Assembly (NCBI GenBank): GCA_963715795.1
Contig: OY970275.1
Coordinates: 1,067,643 to 1,131,642, forward strand
DNA length: 64,000 nt
Reading direction: 5' to 3'
Origin: an uncultured Acidobacteriota bacterium
GTDB taxonomy: Bacteria > Acidobacteriota > Terriglobia > Acidiferrales > UBA7541
Shown here piece after piece: positions 11,105 through 20,668 of this stretch; the first letter of the stretch is position 1, and each line of letters begins with the position of its first letter. Under the pieces are notes generated by a model. That model saw only the letters and a program-made list of their open reading frames with translations, did not search any database and was not told the origin of the DNA. The position numbers and the translations under genes were made by a program.

Positions 11105-11554
11105 ATGATCTTGAAACTCAAGTTGTACCTGGGCAGTGCTGCATTCGCAGGCGTTCTTCTCTTCGCTCCCTTTTCCGGCGCACAGCAAAATCAAACGCCG
11201 GCTGCACAATCCTATTCTACTTACGAGGCGAGCCGCGAGAGCGTGCTCACCGGCAAGGTTCTTTCCTACACAACGAATTCCACCGTTCCGCCGATTGGAG
11301 CGCATGTAACCGTTCAGACGGTGTACGGGCCCGTTGACGTGCATCTGGGCAGCGCCAAACTGCTGGAGCATAATGGGTTCACGCTGAACGTTGGAGACTC
11401 CGTCCGCATCACCGGAGAAGTCATGACCTTCGGTCAAACCACCACGTTTGCCGCTCGCGTTGTTGAGGACGGAGATCAGTCGATTACCGTTCGCGACACC
11501 AAAGGCCGGTTGATCCTGATGTCTTCAGTGCATGTGCCGAGAGGTGCGCGATGA
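11105..11554 (+). CDS. Hypothetical small secreted protein
   Basis: It has a signal peptide (LYLGSAAFAGVLLFAPFSGAQQ) and an ATGA stop/start overlap with the next gene. I recognised no family. Confidence 0.55.
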   Translation: MILKLKLYLGSAAFAGVLLFAPFSGAQQNQTPAAQSYSTYEASRESVLTGKVLSYTTNSTVPPIGAHVTVQTVYGPVDVHLGSAKLLEHNGFTLNVGDSVRITGEVMTFGQTTTFAARVVEDGDQSITVRDTKGRLILMSSVHVPRGAR

Positions 11555-13149
11555 AGCGGCTCCTACTCCTTTTTGTGGCCTGCTCCGTTGGCTGGGCCGC
11601 GGGCTGCAGCAACAGCGGCTCGAGTTCGGTCGTCACGCCCCCTCCCCCAACGGGTTTCAGCAACTCCAATCTCAGCGGCACCTATGTTTTTTCTGTAACC
11701 GGCACAACGCTCGACAATAACAGCGCCACGGGCGTCAGCAGCTTCTCCCGCGTGGGAGTTTTCACGGCTGATGGTAAGGGCGATATTAGCGCGACCGGCG
11801 GACTCGAAGATGATTATATGTTTGGCTCGGATAATCTCTTTGGGATCATCGGCGGCAGCTACGTCATCAGTTCGGATGGCCGCGGTGTTCTTTATCTCGA
11901 AACTTCCGGTGGAACAGTTCAGTACAACCTCAGCTTGGTTTCCTCGTCCACAGGTTACATGGTGGATATGGGAACGGGAACGGGCGTGCCGCCTGCGACG
12001 ATTTCCGACACCGAGACGGCCAACGGTAGCTTCCAACTGCAAACGGCTACCACCCTTTCACCCGGCACCTACGTGTTCGATTTTTCGGGGACTGCCCCTG
12101 CGTCAGGCGACGTCATTTCCGTTATTGGCGACTTTGTCGCCAACGGCAGCAGCTTTTCCCCTGGCAGCTACGAAGACGTCAACGACAACGGCACAATCAT
12201 TTCCAAGGCGATAATCTCCGGTGGCGGCTATCAAACGGATACCGGCGATCTCGGGACGGGGAGAGGCACGGCGACAATCGGCACTTCAAACTACGTCTAC
12301 TACGTCATCGATAGCCAGCACGTCCAGCTCATGGAGACGGACCTAGACCTGGTCGTCGCGGGAACGAACTTGGGCGAGGCAGTCGCTCAGCAGGCCGGCA
12401 CACCGAATAGCTTGACTGCTTTCAACGGTAGCAGCTTCGTTTTCGAGATGGGCGGGTCGGACGCTAACCTTAATCCATTCACGCGTGCGGGGCGACTGAC
12501 GGCGACCGGGGGAAGCCTGGGGAGTATTCTCCTCGACCAAAACGATGCCGGGACCTCACAGTCGGTGCCGGCTAGCGGCGTTCTCAGCGCCGGCACCGTG
12601 ACGTTGGACGGCGACAACACGGGTCGCGGCACGTTCACGTTTACCGATACTGTCAATCATACGGGGACGTATACCTTCGTTTTCTACCTGAACTCAGCGA
12701 CCCAAGGTGTGATTCAGGACATCACAACCGTCAATGGCGTAACTGTTGACGTGATGGACGGCACTCTTTTGGCGCAAACTGGCTCGCCGTTTTCCTCCAG
12801 CAGCCTTGCTACCTCTTACGCCATCGATTGGAGCGGGGCTGATCCAAGTGAAGAGGATTTTGTCGGGAGCTTCACTCCCGCCAGCACCAATCCAAACGGT
12901 CTGTTGGATTACAACGAATTTAGCAAGCTAGACCTGTTCACCAACGTGAATTTTAACGGCGTCTTCACGTTCGGGGGCGACGGTACCGCAAGCACCGGTC
13001 AACACAGCGTTTTCGTCGGGGGCATCAGCGGCACTCCCTCAGTCAATCTCAACTACTTCGCGTATATCGCGAATCCCAGCACCATTCTGGTGATGGGCAC
13101 CGGCTCGAATCGCGTCATCGCTGGCGTGCTGACGGCGCAAACACCGTAG
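11551..13149 (+). CDS. Hypothetical lipoprotein, Gly/Thr/Ser-rich (beta-rich)
   Basis: It has a lipobox-like N-terminus (LLLFVACSVGWAAGCSNSG) and a long uninterrupted ORF, and it is followed by a hairpin terminator. Confidence 0.7.
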   Translation: MKRLLLLFVACSVGWAAGCSNSGSSSVVTPPPPTGFSNSNLSGTYVFSVTGTTLDNNSATGVSSFSRVGVFTADGKGDISATGGLEDDYMFGSDNLFGIIGGSYVISSDGRGVLYLETSGGTVQYNLSLVSSSTGYMVDMGTGTGVPPATISDTETANGSFQLQTATTLSPGTYVFDFSGTAPASGDVISVIGDFVANGSSFSPGSYEDVNDNGTIISKAIISGGGYQTDTGDLGTGRGTATIGTSNYVYYVIDSQHVQLMETDLDLVVAGTNLGEAVAQQAGTPNSLTAFNGSSFVFEMGGSDANLNPFTRAGRLTATGGSLGSILLDQNDAGTSQSVPASGVLSAGTVTLDGDNTGRGTFTFTDTVNHTGTYTFVFYLNSATQGVIQDITTVNGVTVDVMDGTLLAQTGSPFSSSSLATSYAIDWSGADPSEEDFVGSFTPASTNPNGLLDYNEFSKLDLFTNVNFNGVFTFGGDGTASTGQHSVFVGGISGTPSVNLNYFAYIANPSTILVMGTGSNRVIAGVLTAQTP

Positions 13150-13185
13150 CGTAGCTGGGCGCCTCGCAGTTACCCGGAAGTTAAG

Positions 13186-13225
13186 AAGCCGCCCGGCTGA
13201 AGTTGGCTGGGCGGCTTTATTTTTG
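13186..13225 (+). terminator. Rho-independent terminator after the lipoprotein gene
   Basis: The stem is aagccgcccggc / gctgggcggctt (one mismatch) with an 8-nt loop, followed by ttatttttg. It overlaps the kdsB stop on the opposite strand. Confidence 0.6.
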
Positions 13226-13963
13226 CAGCAGTTTTTCCACGCGGGCCACGTCTTCGGGCACGTCCACGCTTACCGCATCGTGCTCCACTTCGGCCACGCG
13301 AATCTTCCAGCCATTTTCCAGCCAGCGGAGCTGCTCGAGTTGCTCGATGCGTTCGAGTTCGCCTTGCGGCAGGGTGGGATATTCGAGGAGCGCGTCGCGC
13401 TGGAACACATAAAGCCCCAAGTGCTTTAAGTGCCGCACTTGAATCTTGCTCCCCGTATCGCGTACCCAGGGAATCGGCGCGCGCGAAAAATAAAGCCCAT
13501 TGTCATCGAAATCGAGCACGGTTTTAACCACATTCGGATCCATGATGTCCGTGGGTGTCTTGATGGGGGTGGCCACCGTGGCAATCGCCGCGGCAGGCTC
13601 CTCGAGCAGGGCATTCACCGCCGTGTCGATGGCGACAGGGTCCAGCAAAGGCTCATCTCCCTGCACGTTCACAAACACGTCGCCTTTTTCATGTGCCGCG
13701 ACTTCCGCGACGCGCTCCGTTCCCGTGCGGTGGTCCGGCCGAGTCATACGGGCCTCGCCGCCGAAGGCTTCCACCGCCTTGACGATGCGTTCATCATCGG
13801 TTGCGACAATCACACGGCCAGCTCTCTCGGCCATTTTGGCGCGCTCATAGACTCGCTGGATCATGGGCTTGCCGGCCAGCGCAACCAGCGGTTTGCCGGG
13901 CAGCCGCGTCGAGCCGAAGCGTGCGGGAATAACGATGACCACCTCTGGTTTTGCCGCAGTCAT
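13217..13963 (-). CDS. kdsB: 3-deoxy-manno-octulosonate cytidylyltransferase (CMP-KDO synthetase)
   Basis: Motifs present: VVIVIPARFGSTRLPGKPL, VNVQGDEPL. I placed the start at MTAAKPE (ATG 13963) rather than at the ORF-track start of 14056. Confidence 0.9.
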   Translation of the reverse strand: MTAAKPEVVIVIPARFGSTRLPGKPLVALAGKPMIQRVYERAKMAERAGRVIVATDDERIVKAVEAFGGEARMTRPDHRTGTERVAEVAAHEKGDVFVNVQGDEPLLDPVAIDTAVNALLEEPAAAIATVATPIKTPTDIMDPNVVKTVLDFDDNGLYFSRAPIPWVRDTGSKIQVRHLKHLGLYVFQRDALLEYPTLPQGELERIEQLEQLRWLENGWKIRVAEVEHDAVSVDVPEDVARVEKLLQK

Positions 13964-14230
13964 GCCACTGAGTCTCGCACATTCGGGAATGTTTGGGCAC
14001 TCTCTCCGTTCGTCGCGTGAAGCGAGCCAGGCGGGGCGGCAGCCTGCCCTTTGCAATCCTCTTCGCGCCCAGCCTCGGACGGGAACCCGGGCGGGCGATT
14101 CTTACCGGCGAGAGAAGTACCGTCCGCAGCATGGTACGGGATTTGCCTTGTCTTCGCTTGCGCCAGTGGTAGAATCGCGCATATTCCGAGCCGCGCGGCC
14201 GTTCCGGGGTGCCGGGACGATGGGGGTGCC

Positions 14231-15271
14231 GTGAAACGCGATGGTCATGGGTTTCGCGTTTTTAGTTTTTCTGCTGTGGTCCTGTTATTTGCCTGCCTTC
14301 TTGCATCCAGCCCCGTTATTTTTGCTGCCCCACAATCGCAATCGCCCGCCGATGAAAACAGCCAGCAGAAAACCAAACGCAAGGATGACGTAACCAAGAA
14401 CACATCGGGGCAAATCCTCAAGCCTGGAAAAGCCTTGAAGATGGATGTGGACCTGGCGCTGGTCAACGTCACCGTCACGGATCCTTACAACCGGCTGGTC
14501 ACCGGCCTGGACAAAGAGAATTTTCGTGTCTATGAGGACAACGTCGAACAGGAAATCGTGACCTTCTCCTCCGAAGACGTCCCCATTTCGATTGGCGTGA
14601 TTTTCGACTTCAGCGGCAGCATGTCCAACAAAGTAGGCAAGGCCCGCGAAGCGGCGCTGCAATTTTTTAAAACCGCCAATCCGCAGGATGAATTCTTTCT
14701 GGTGAGCTTCAATGAACGAGCGGAATTGACCAGCGCGTTTACCAACAGCGTCGAGGACCTGCAGAGCAGCTTGATGCTGACCTCGGCGAAAGGCCGCACC
14801 GCGCTTCTGGATGCCATCTATCTCGGCCTCAGCGAAATCAGGGGTGCACACAACGGCAAACGCGCCTTGCTCATCTTATCCGATGGGGGAGATAATCATA
14901 GTCGCTACAGTGAAGGCGATGTCAAGCGGTTGGTAAGAGAAGCAGACACCCAGCTCTATGCGATTGGAATCTTTGACCCGCTTGGATCTCGCGACCGGAC
15001 CCCGGAGGAACTGAACGGTCCTTCGTTGCTTTCGGAAATCACGGAGATGACCGGAGGCCGGGTATTTTCTGTTGAGAAGCTCGAGGATCTTCCGGATATC
15101 GCCACAAAAATCAGCATGGAGCTGCGAAATCAATATGTCCTGGGATATAGGCCAAGCAACAAAGCGCACGACGGACGCTGGCGAAAGATCAAGATCAAGC
15201 TGCGCGCTCCGCGAGGACTGCCGCCGCTCAATGTCTACGCAAGAACCGGTTACTACGCTCCGGCGCACTAA
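14231..15271 (+). CDS. VWA domain-containing secreted protein (acidobacterial VWFA-related type)
   Basis: It has the MIDAS motif DFSGSM, a VWA-like core (ALLILSDGGDNHS) and an N-terminal hydrophobic segment. The GTG 14231 start is my choice and is uncertain. Confidence 0.75.
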   Translation: MKRDGHGFRVFSFSAVVLLFACLLASSPVIFAAPQSQSPADENSQQKTKRKDDVTKNTSGQILKPGKALKMDVDLALVNVTVTDPYNRLVTGLDKENFRVYEDNVEQEIVTFSSEDVPISIGVIFDFSGSMSNKVGKAREAALQFFKTANPQDEFFLVSFNERAELTSAFTNSVEDLQSSLMLTSAKGRTALLDAIYLGLSEIRGAHNGKRALLILSDGGDNHSRYSEGDVKRLVREADTQLYAIGIFDPLGSRDRTPEELNGPSLLSEITEMTGGRVFSVEKLEDLPDIATKISMELRNQYVLGYRPSNKAHDGRWRKIKIKLRAPRGLPPLNVYARTGYYAPAH

Positions 15272-16283
15272 CTACGCCTCTTCCAGCCTTCGTTCATTCG
15301 CCTTTCTTTTTGGGATATTTTGCGCGCTGGCTTTGTTTGTCTCGCCGTGTTTCGCGCAGATTCCCATTCCCAATGTCCAGCCGCCCCCGCCTGATCAAAA
15401 TTCCGATGTTCATCAGCAGGGCTCGACCATCAAGGTCGATGTCGGCCTCGTCGTGCTTCACACCACAGTGCTCGATGACCGCGGCAAGTTCGCCGACGGC
15501 CTGAAGGCCGAGAACTTTCGCGTTTATGAAGACAAGGTCGAGCAGAAAATCGCCACTTTCAAGCGCGAAGACGTTCCCGTCAGTATGGGATTGGTGATCG
15601 ACAATAGCGGCAGCATGCGCGACAAGCGGCCGCGGGTCAACGAGGCGGCCCTCACGCTGGTCGAGGCCAGCAACCCTCAGGACCAGGCCTTTGTCGTCAA
15701 CTTCAACGACGATTTTTATCTCGATCTGGACAAGGATTTCACCAGCAGCATTCCCGAGCTGAAAGAGGCTCTCGAGCGCATCGACTCGCGGGGCAGCACC
15801 GCGCTCTATGACGCCATCATCGGTTCGCTCGACCACCTCAAAAAGGGCACCAGGGACAAAAAAGTTCTTCTCGTGGTTACCGACGGCGAGGACAACGCCA
15901 GCCATTATTCGCTCGAGAAAACCATCCGGGAGATCCAGAAGACGGACACCGTGATTTACACCATCGGCTTGCTCGGCGATGAAAGAAGAAAAGAGAAGAA
16001 CACCGCCATGCGCGCGCTAAAGCATATCGCTGAGGCTTCGGGCGGCCTGGCCTTTTTTCCGGAAAACGTCGATGACGTTCACAATATCTGCGAGCAGGTC
16101 GCCCACGATATTCGCAACCAGTACACCTTGGCCTACTATCCTTCGAACACCAAGAAGGACGGCACCTTCCGCGCCGTCACCGTGCAGGTGATTCCGCCGC
16201 GCGGCCGCGGCAAGTTGGTTGCCCGAACGCGCAACGGTTACTACGCCCCTGGAGGTCCAGCCTCCGCCGACGCAGGGAACTAA
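15231..16283 (+). CDS. VWA domain-containing secreted protein, paralogue of the preceding gene
   Basis: It has the MIDAS motif DNSGSM and VLLVVTDGEDNAS. It is collinear with the upstream paralogue (ENFRVYED..VEQ.I..F, TGYYAP/NGYYAP). The ATG at 15231 overlaps the upstream gene by 41 nt. Confidence 0.75.
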   Translation: MSTQEPVTTLRRTNYASSSLRSFAFLFGIFCALALFVSPCFAQIPIPNVQPPPPDQNSDVHQQGSTIKVDVGLVVLHTTVLDDRGKFADGLKAENFRVYEDKVEQKIATFKREDVPVSMGLVIDNSGSMRDKRPRVNEAALTLVEASNPQDQAFVVNFNDDFYLDLDKDFTSSIPELKEALERIDSRGSTALYDAIIGSLDHLKKGTRDKKVLLVVTDGEDNASHYSLEKTIREIQKTDTVIYTIGLLGDERRKEKNTAMRALKHIAEASGGLAFFPENVDDVHNICEQVAHDIRNQYTLAYYPSNTKKDGTFRAVTVQVIPPRGRGKLVARTRNGYYAPGGPASADAGN

Positions 16284-16295
16284 CTCCCGTTAAAT

Positions 16296-16329
16296 CGTCT
16301 GTCTGCCTTTCGTAGGTCAGGGCATCCCC
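16296..16329. repeat. REP-like element (cgtctgtctgcctttcgtaggtcagggcatcccc)
   Basis: It shares the gacagac/gtctgtc and cctac/gtagg signatures with the hairpin at 38150..38176. It sits in a convergent intergenic region. Confidence 0.4.
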
Positions 16330-16375
16330 GCAGGAAGGCCGCGGCCATAAGAGCCAAGCCTGGAAAGGTTTGCGC

Positions 16376-16410
16376 CAGTCACCAGTCACGAGTCACCAGT
16401 CACTTCGCAC
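16376..16410. repeat. Tandem heptamer array (CAGTCAC-like, about 5 units)
   Basis: The units are cagtcac cagtcac gagtcac cagtcac ttcgcac, the reverse complement of the 2637 array unit. Confidence 0.8.
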
Positions 16411-16439
16411 CTCCACTCCGGTCGCTCCAGCGCTCAGAC

Positions 16440-19400
16440 TCATTTTCCTGCAGCGGCTTCCTTCGCCAGAGCCTCGGCGGCGTTCGCCGCAAGAATGAAA
16501 CCCGTGGCTGCATCGACCACATATTCGTTTTCATACCACAGGAACGGCCAGCCTTCATCGAGCTCCGGGAAATCCGGCTGAATAATCGTGACGCCGGGAA
16601 TCACTCCGCCAGGAATGAACGTGTAGTCGGCGCGGTTGTTTCCATAGCCGATCAGCCTCGAGTGCGTGCCCACGCCCGACACATAAGACAAATTCGAAAC
16701 CGGATGCGTGCCCAGGACGTAATCGAGCGCGCGAAGCGTGTACTCCGGCCCGACGATCTGCGGAAACGCTTCGTGCAGGAAATACATTTGGATGGCAAAT
16801 CCTGTAACCGCACCCGAGCCGCCCCAGGTGCCCGTCGTAACCGGCACGCCATACGGATTTTCCGCCAGCTTCTTATCCAGCTCGACCATATAGCCGCGAA
16901 GCGATGATTCGACGCCCGCCGAAAATTCCGCATCCATCAAGGGAATCGCCCGCGCCGCCGTCCAGCCATCAAACGCGAACCGCTCCTGAATCGCAGGAAG
17001 CATCTCTTTCAATCGCTGGCGATAAACGTCTCCGCCCTTCGTTGCAATCAGCAACTCGACCGCCGCCTTGATCTCCTCATCGCGCAAATCGCCGCCCGTG
17101 GTATTGAACGAATGAAAGAGGGCGGGCGCCTGCTTGTGCTCTTGAACCCAGACGCGCTCGGCCGTTTCGAGAGAATCTTCGGCCATTTTGTCGTCGAAGC
17201 CGCGCAGCACGCGGCTCGCGGCCGCCAGCGACGAAAGCGCGTCATAATTCAGCGGCGTGATGTGCGTCGTAAACGCCCATCGATCATCGGGCACGCCGGA
17301 ATGAAGGCCGTCCGTGGCCAGCGCATCCACTCCCGTCACGTAAATCCGGCCATCCGTCTTCGAACCCGCGTCTCCCAGATGCGTGTATTCCTCGAGCGTC
17401 GGCGCAATGATCCCGGGTATCGCGTGCCCGAAAATCCTGTATTGCGCCAACAAAAAAGTGACGCCGTGCTCGATCTGCTCGATCACGTCGGGCGCTCCGT
17501 CCGGCCTGTGCATCTGCACGTACCGGGCGCGTTCATCCACGCTCGTGTCGTCTCCCGCGATTCCAAACTTTTCCCGCGCCAGCGTGAGCTCGGTAATCAC
17601 GCGCGCTTGCGATTGCGTTCGCAAATCAAAATCGCCCGCGTCAAACCACCCGCCCACATTGATCCCCGGAATGTGCTGGCCCGGCATGAACGGCGTGTCC
17701 GTCGTCGGTCCCTGCGCGTAGCCATCGAAATGCGTGTAATTTACCGGCGCCTGCCGCGCATCATCCAAATGCGAAGCGCCGTGCCAGATGCGGTAGCCTT
17801 CGCGCACTTTCACGTGATCCATTTGCTCCGCCAGGTAAACGTCGAGCGAAGGCCGCCATATCCCGTCATACACATCTTCCGCGATGCGGAACGGCCCATT
17901 GGTCTGCCCGGCATATTCGATTTCGTAGATTCCTGGCGCGCGCACTTCCGAAAAATCAAAGCGCGCGTACTCATACCGCAGCCATTTTCCCCAGGGCTTG
18001 ATTTCCCCGCGCAAAACCTCGCGCTTCGCTCCATCCGCTAGCACCTGCAGCACGCGCGCCGTCTTCGGCGCGTCATAGAGCGGATCGAGTTCGATGACCG
18101 CGATTTTCTTCCGCTCCGGCGTGTAGCCCACCTGGTCGAAAGCCACCACCGGCGGCCTCGTCCATCCGGCCACTACATTCGGGCGAATGTGCCAAACCAG
18201 CACGCTCCCCGTCTTGCCCGCAGGCAACAAGCTGCGCACAACAAACCACCCGTTTTGTGCTTTGTTCCGTCCGTCGAAAAGCATCAGCGGGGCATCCTCG
18301 GAAGTGATCGTTACGCGCGTCAACGGATCCTCGGGCGAGAGTACGATGCTTCGGCCTGTCGCGAGAGCTTGCGGCTCGACGTTTCCGTCCGCTTCTTTTT
18401 CCATCGGGCTGTCCGCAAGCCGCGGAAACATTTCCGGCCGGTCATCCATCAAATAAGACTTTCCGAAATACGCCGCCGGCAAAAACTCCAAATTAAGGCC
18501 CGCTTTTCCCGTCAACGCCGCAGGCAAAGGCTCATCCAATTGCACCGTCACTCGGAATCCCCCCGGCTCCGGCTGCAATTCGAGGTGGTACGTCAATCCC
18601 TGCTTCGCGTATGTGCAAAGCGCTGTCAACCCGCTGTTCGCCTCTCGTTTTCGTTCCTTGAACTCCGGAATCGCATCCCACTGCTCCGGCGTCGGCGAGA
18701 GGCGCACGTCCCCGTTCGTCGCGATCCGCCGGTCGTGCAAAATCATTTCGATCCCGCTCATTTTTTGGTCGCCAAAAACCGGGTGATACGTGTTTTGAAA
18801 CAGCAGCACGCTCAGTCCGTGCGTTTCCAGCGTTTCGTGTTCGCTCACTTGCAGTTCGTATCCGCCGCTTGCCTGCGTGGGAGTTGCCGCCACCGAAGTC
18901 GCCGCCTGAGGAGCGGCCGCTTCTGTCTTCACTCCTGGCCCCTTGATATACCGCGCCGCAAATTCCAAAAATGTCGGCCAATTCGGTGCAGGCGTATGCC
19001 CGCCAGTATGCTGCCGGAACGCGATATCTCCGCTAATCAGCGCCGTCCCGATCGGCGGAAATTCCGTCGTCCCCAAATCCTTTTTTCCCAGCAAACGATA
19101 CACCGGTCCGGCTCCGACCGCCGCCAGAAACATTCCGTGCGGGTCCACCCATCCATCTCCCTTGATGGCTCCGCCGCTGATGAACACCGGTCTCGGTGCG
19201 CACAGCGCGATCAATTCGTGCGCATCCACCGGCAAATCGTTCGGCGTCAGCGGCCCCGCATACTTCAAAAAATTTCCCGCCATCCAGTGATACTCGCCCG
19301 TCCCGGCCACATTCCCGATCTGTTCGCCGAAATTCCTCCTGTAAAGAGCAGCACCGCCCGCCCCCGACGAACTGATGTATCCAATCGCAAACCGCGGATC

Positions 19401-20366
19401 GTACGCCATCGTCACCAGCGCCGCTTTTCCATACCGCGAATGCCCCTCGATCCCAATCTGCTTCGCGTCCACGTCCTTATCCGTCTCGAAGTAATCCATC
19501 GCCCGGCTCGCGCCCCAAGCCCACGCGCGCAGCGCTCCCCAATCATCTAGTTTCCGCGGCTGACCTTTGTTCACCAGTCCGATGATTCCCTCGGTCAGCC
19601 CCGCTCCGTTATCCGCTTGTATGCTCGTGGGAATCAGCACCGCGTATCCCCAGCCCCGAGCCAGCACCTGCTGTTCCCAAGGAGGCCCGTATTGCGCCGC
19701 GGCCGCCACCATCTCCGGAAACCGCTTCGCAATCGCCGCCATAAATTCCGGGCTGAAGCTTAGCTCCATCATCACCGGCACCGGCCCTCGCGCGTTCGCC
19801 GGCGTGGTCAGCGTCAAATCGATGTTCACGGTGATCGCCGGGTACGCCGAATTGTCCACGTGCCCCACGAGCTTTTTCGTAATCACCGGCACGTCGCCCT
19901 TCATCTCCCGCGATGTGCTCGTCACTTCCCAAGTCACTCTCGGCGTCACGCGCGGCATGCGCCCGTAAATCTCGCGATCGAAATCTTCCACAATCTCCGG
20001 CCGCCGCTTTTCCCACCACGCCTTCGCCGTCTTCACTTCTTTTCCATTGTTCAATCGCAAGGGATCGGGCAGCTTCGGATGAGAATCCGCCTTCGCCTCG
20101 TCATAATTCGCCGCATTGGGCGACTTCGGATCGCCATCCGCGCCGCGCCGCAGCGCCGTGATGTGCAGCAAATCCATCAAACGCTGATGATCCTGCTCCG
20201 CGGTCAAATGCACCGGGCCCGCCGCCTGCGAAGCCGCGCTTCCATTCGTTTGTGAAGTTGTAGTTCGAGAACTTTGTGAAGTCGTCTGCGCACTGATCTG
20301 AAACGCCAGCAGCATCCCCAGCGCACCCGCGACGCCCAACCAACCCATCACCCGACGATTTGCCAC
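16440..20366 (-). CDS. Secreted multidomain carbohydrate-active protein: N-terminal CE15-like glucuronoyl esterase fused to a GH9-like domain with an Ig-like (CelD_N-type) module
   Basis: It has a signal peptide. The CE15-like region contains LPDPL, W.EKRRPEI and GHSRYGK (GxSRxGK). The C-terminal half contains GGWFDAGDFDLR (GH9 DAGD motif) and YENEYVVDAATGF. Confidence 0.7.
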   Translation of the reverse strand: MANRRVMGWLGVAGALGMLLAFQISAQTTSQSSRTTTSQTNGSAASQAAGPVHLTAEQDHQRLMDLLHITALRRGADGDPKSPNAANYDEAKADSHPKLPDPLRLNNGKEVKTAKAWWEKRRPEIVEDFDREIYGRMPRVTPRVTWEVTSTSREMKGDVPVITKKLVGHVDNSAYPAITVNIDLTLTTPANARGPVPVMMELSFSPEFMAAIAKRFPEMVAAAAQYGPPWEQQVLARGWGYAVLIPTSIQADNGAGLTEGIIGLVNKGQPRKLDDWGALRAWAWGASRAMDYFETDKDVDAKQIGIEGHSRYGKAALVTMAYDPRFAIGYISSSGAGGAALYRRNFGEQIGNVAGTGEYHWMAGNFLKYAGPLTPNDLPVDAHELIALCAPRPVFISGGAIKGDGWVDPHGMFLAAVGAGPVYRLLGKKDLGTTEFPPIGTALISGDIAFRQHTGGHTPAPNWPTFLEFAARYIKGPGVKTEAAAPQAATSVAATPTQASGGYELQVSEHETLETHGLSVLLFQNTYHPVFGDQKMSGIEMILHDRRIATNGDVRLSPTPEQWDAIPEFKERKREANSGLTALCTYAKQGLTYHLELQPEPGGFRVTVQLDEPLPAALTGKAGLNLEFLPAAYFGKSYLMDDRPEMFPRLADSPMEKEADGNVEPQALATGRSIVLSPEDPLTRVTITSEDAPLMLFDGRNKAQNGWFVVRSLLPAGKTGSVLVWHIRPNVVAGWTRPPVVAFDQVGYTPERKKIAVIELDPLYDAPKTARVLQVLADGAKREVLRGEIKPWGKWLRYEYARFDFSEVRAPGIYEIEYAGQTNGPFRIAEDVYDGIWRPSLDVYLAEQMDHVKVREGYRIWHGASHLDDARQAPVNYTHFDGYAQGPTTDTPFMPGQHIPGINVGGWFDAGDFDLRTQSQARVITELTLAREKFGIAGDDTSVDERARYVQMHRPDGAPDVIEQIEHGVTFLLAQYRIFGHAIPGIIAPTLEEYTHLGDAGSKTDGRIYVTGVDALATDGLHSGVPDDRWAFTTHITPLNYDALSSLAAASRVLRGFDDKMAEDSLETAERVWVQEHKQAPALFHSFNTTGGDLRDEEIKAAVELLIATKGGDVYRQRLKEMLPAIQERFAFDGWTAARAIPLMDAEFSAGVESSLRGYMVELDKKLAENPYGVPVTTGTWGGSGAVTGFAIQMYFLHEAFPQIVGPEYTLRALDYVLGTHPVSNLSYVSGVGTHSRLIGYGNNRADYTFIPGGVIPGVTIIQPDFPELDEGWPFLWYENEYVVDAATGFILAANAAEALAKEAAAGK

Positions 20367-20405
20367 GCTCGCTCCGTTCCTCTTCTATTTTTTCTCACCC
20401 GCCTA

Positions 20406-20488
20406 ATGCCCCGCCACCCGCTCTTCCGTCTTCACGCTCCGTCCTCCCTTGTTTCCAAGCCCTCGAATATACCCGCAGCATCTCGACC
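20406..20488. repeat. Left copy of the 83-bp imperfect direct repeat flanking the hicBA cassette
   Basis: An ungapped hand alignment to 21133..21215 gives 72 of 83 identical positions, for example cgccacccgctct, ccgtcttcacgctccgtcctccct and atctcgaccc. Confidence 0.8.
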
Positions 20489-20610
20489 CAGTCATACATT
20501 TTATGGAGTGGCTTCTTCCCGGTTCTTTTTCTGCTCACTCTTTACTCGCAACTCGTAACCTTCGCAACGCGTTGCGCCTCCAACCCTCGCTCGCCTCTCA
20601 TCATTTGCTA

Positions 20611-20619
20611 TGATATAAG
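20611..20619 (+). promoter_or_regulatory. Possible extended -10 promoter element (TGaTATAAg) upstream of hicB
   Basis: tgatataag lies 50 nt upstream of the hicB ATG. I saw no clear -35 element. Confidence 0.2.
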
Positions 20620-20668
20620 CGAGTTCCTCGGCGCTGCCGCCGGCCCGAAGGAAGCGAGGCTCGCCAAA

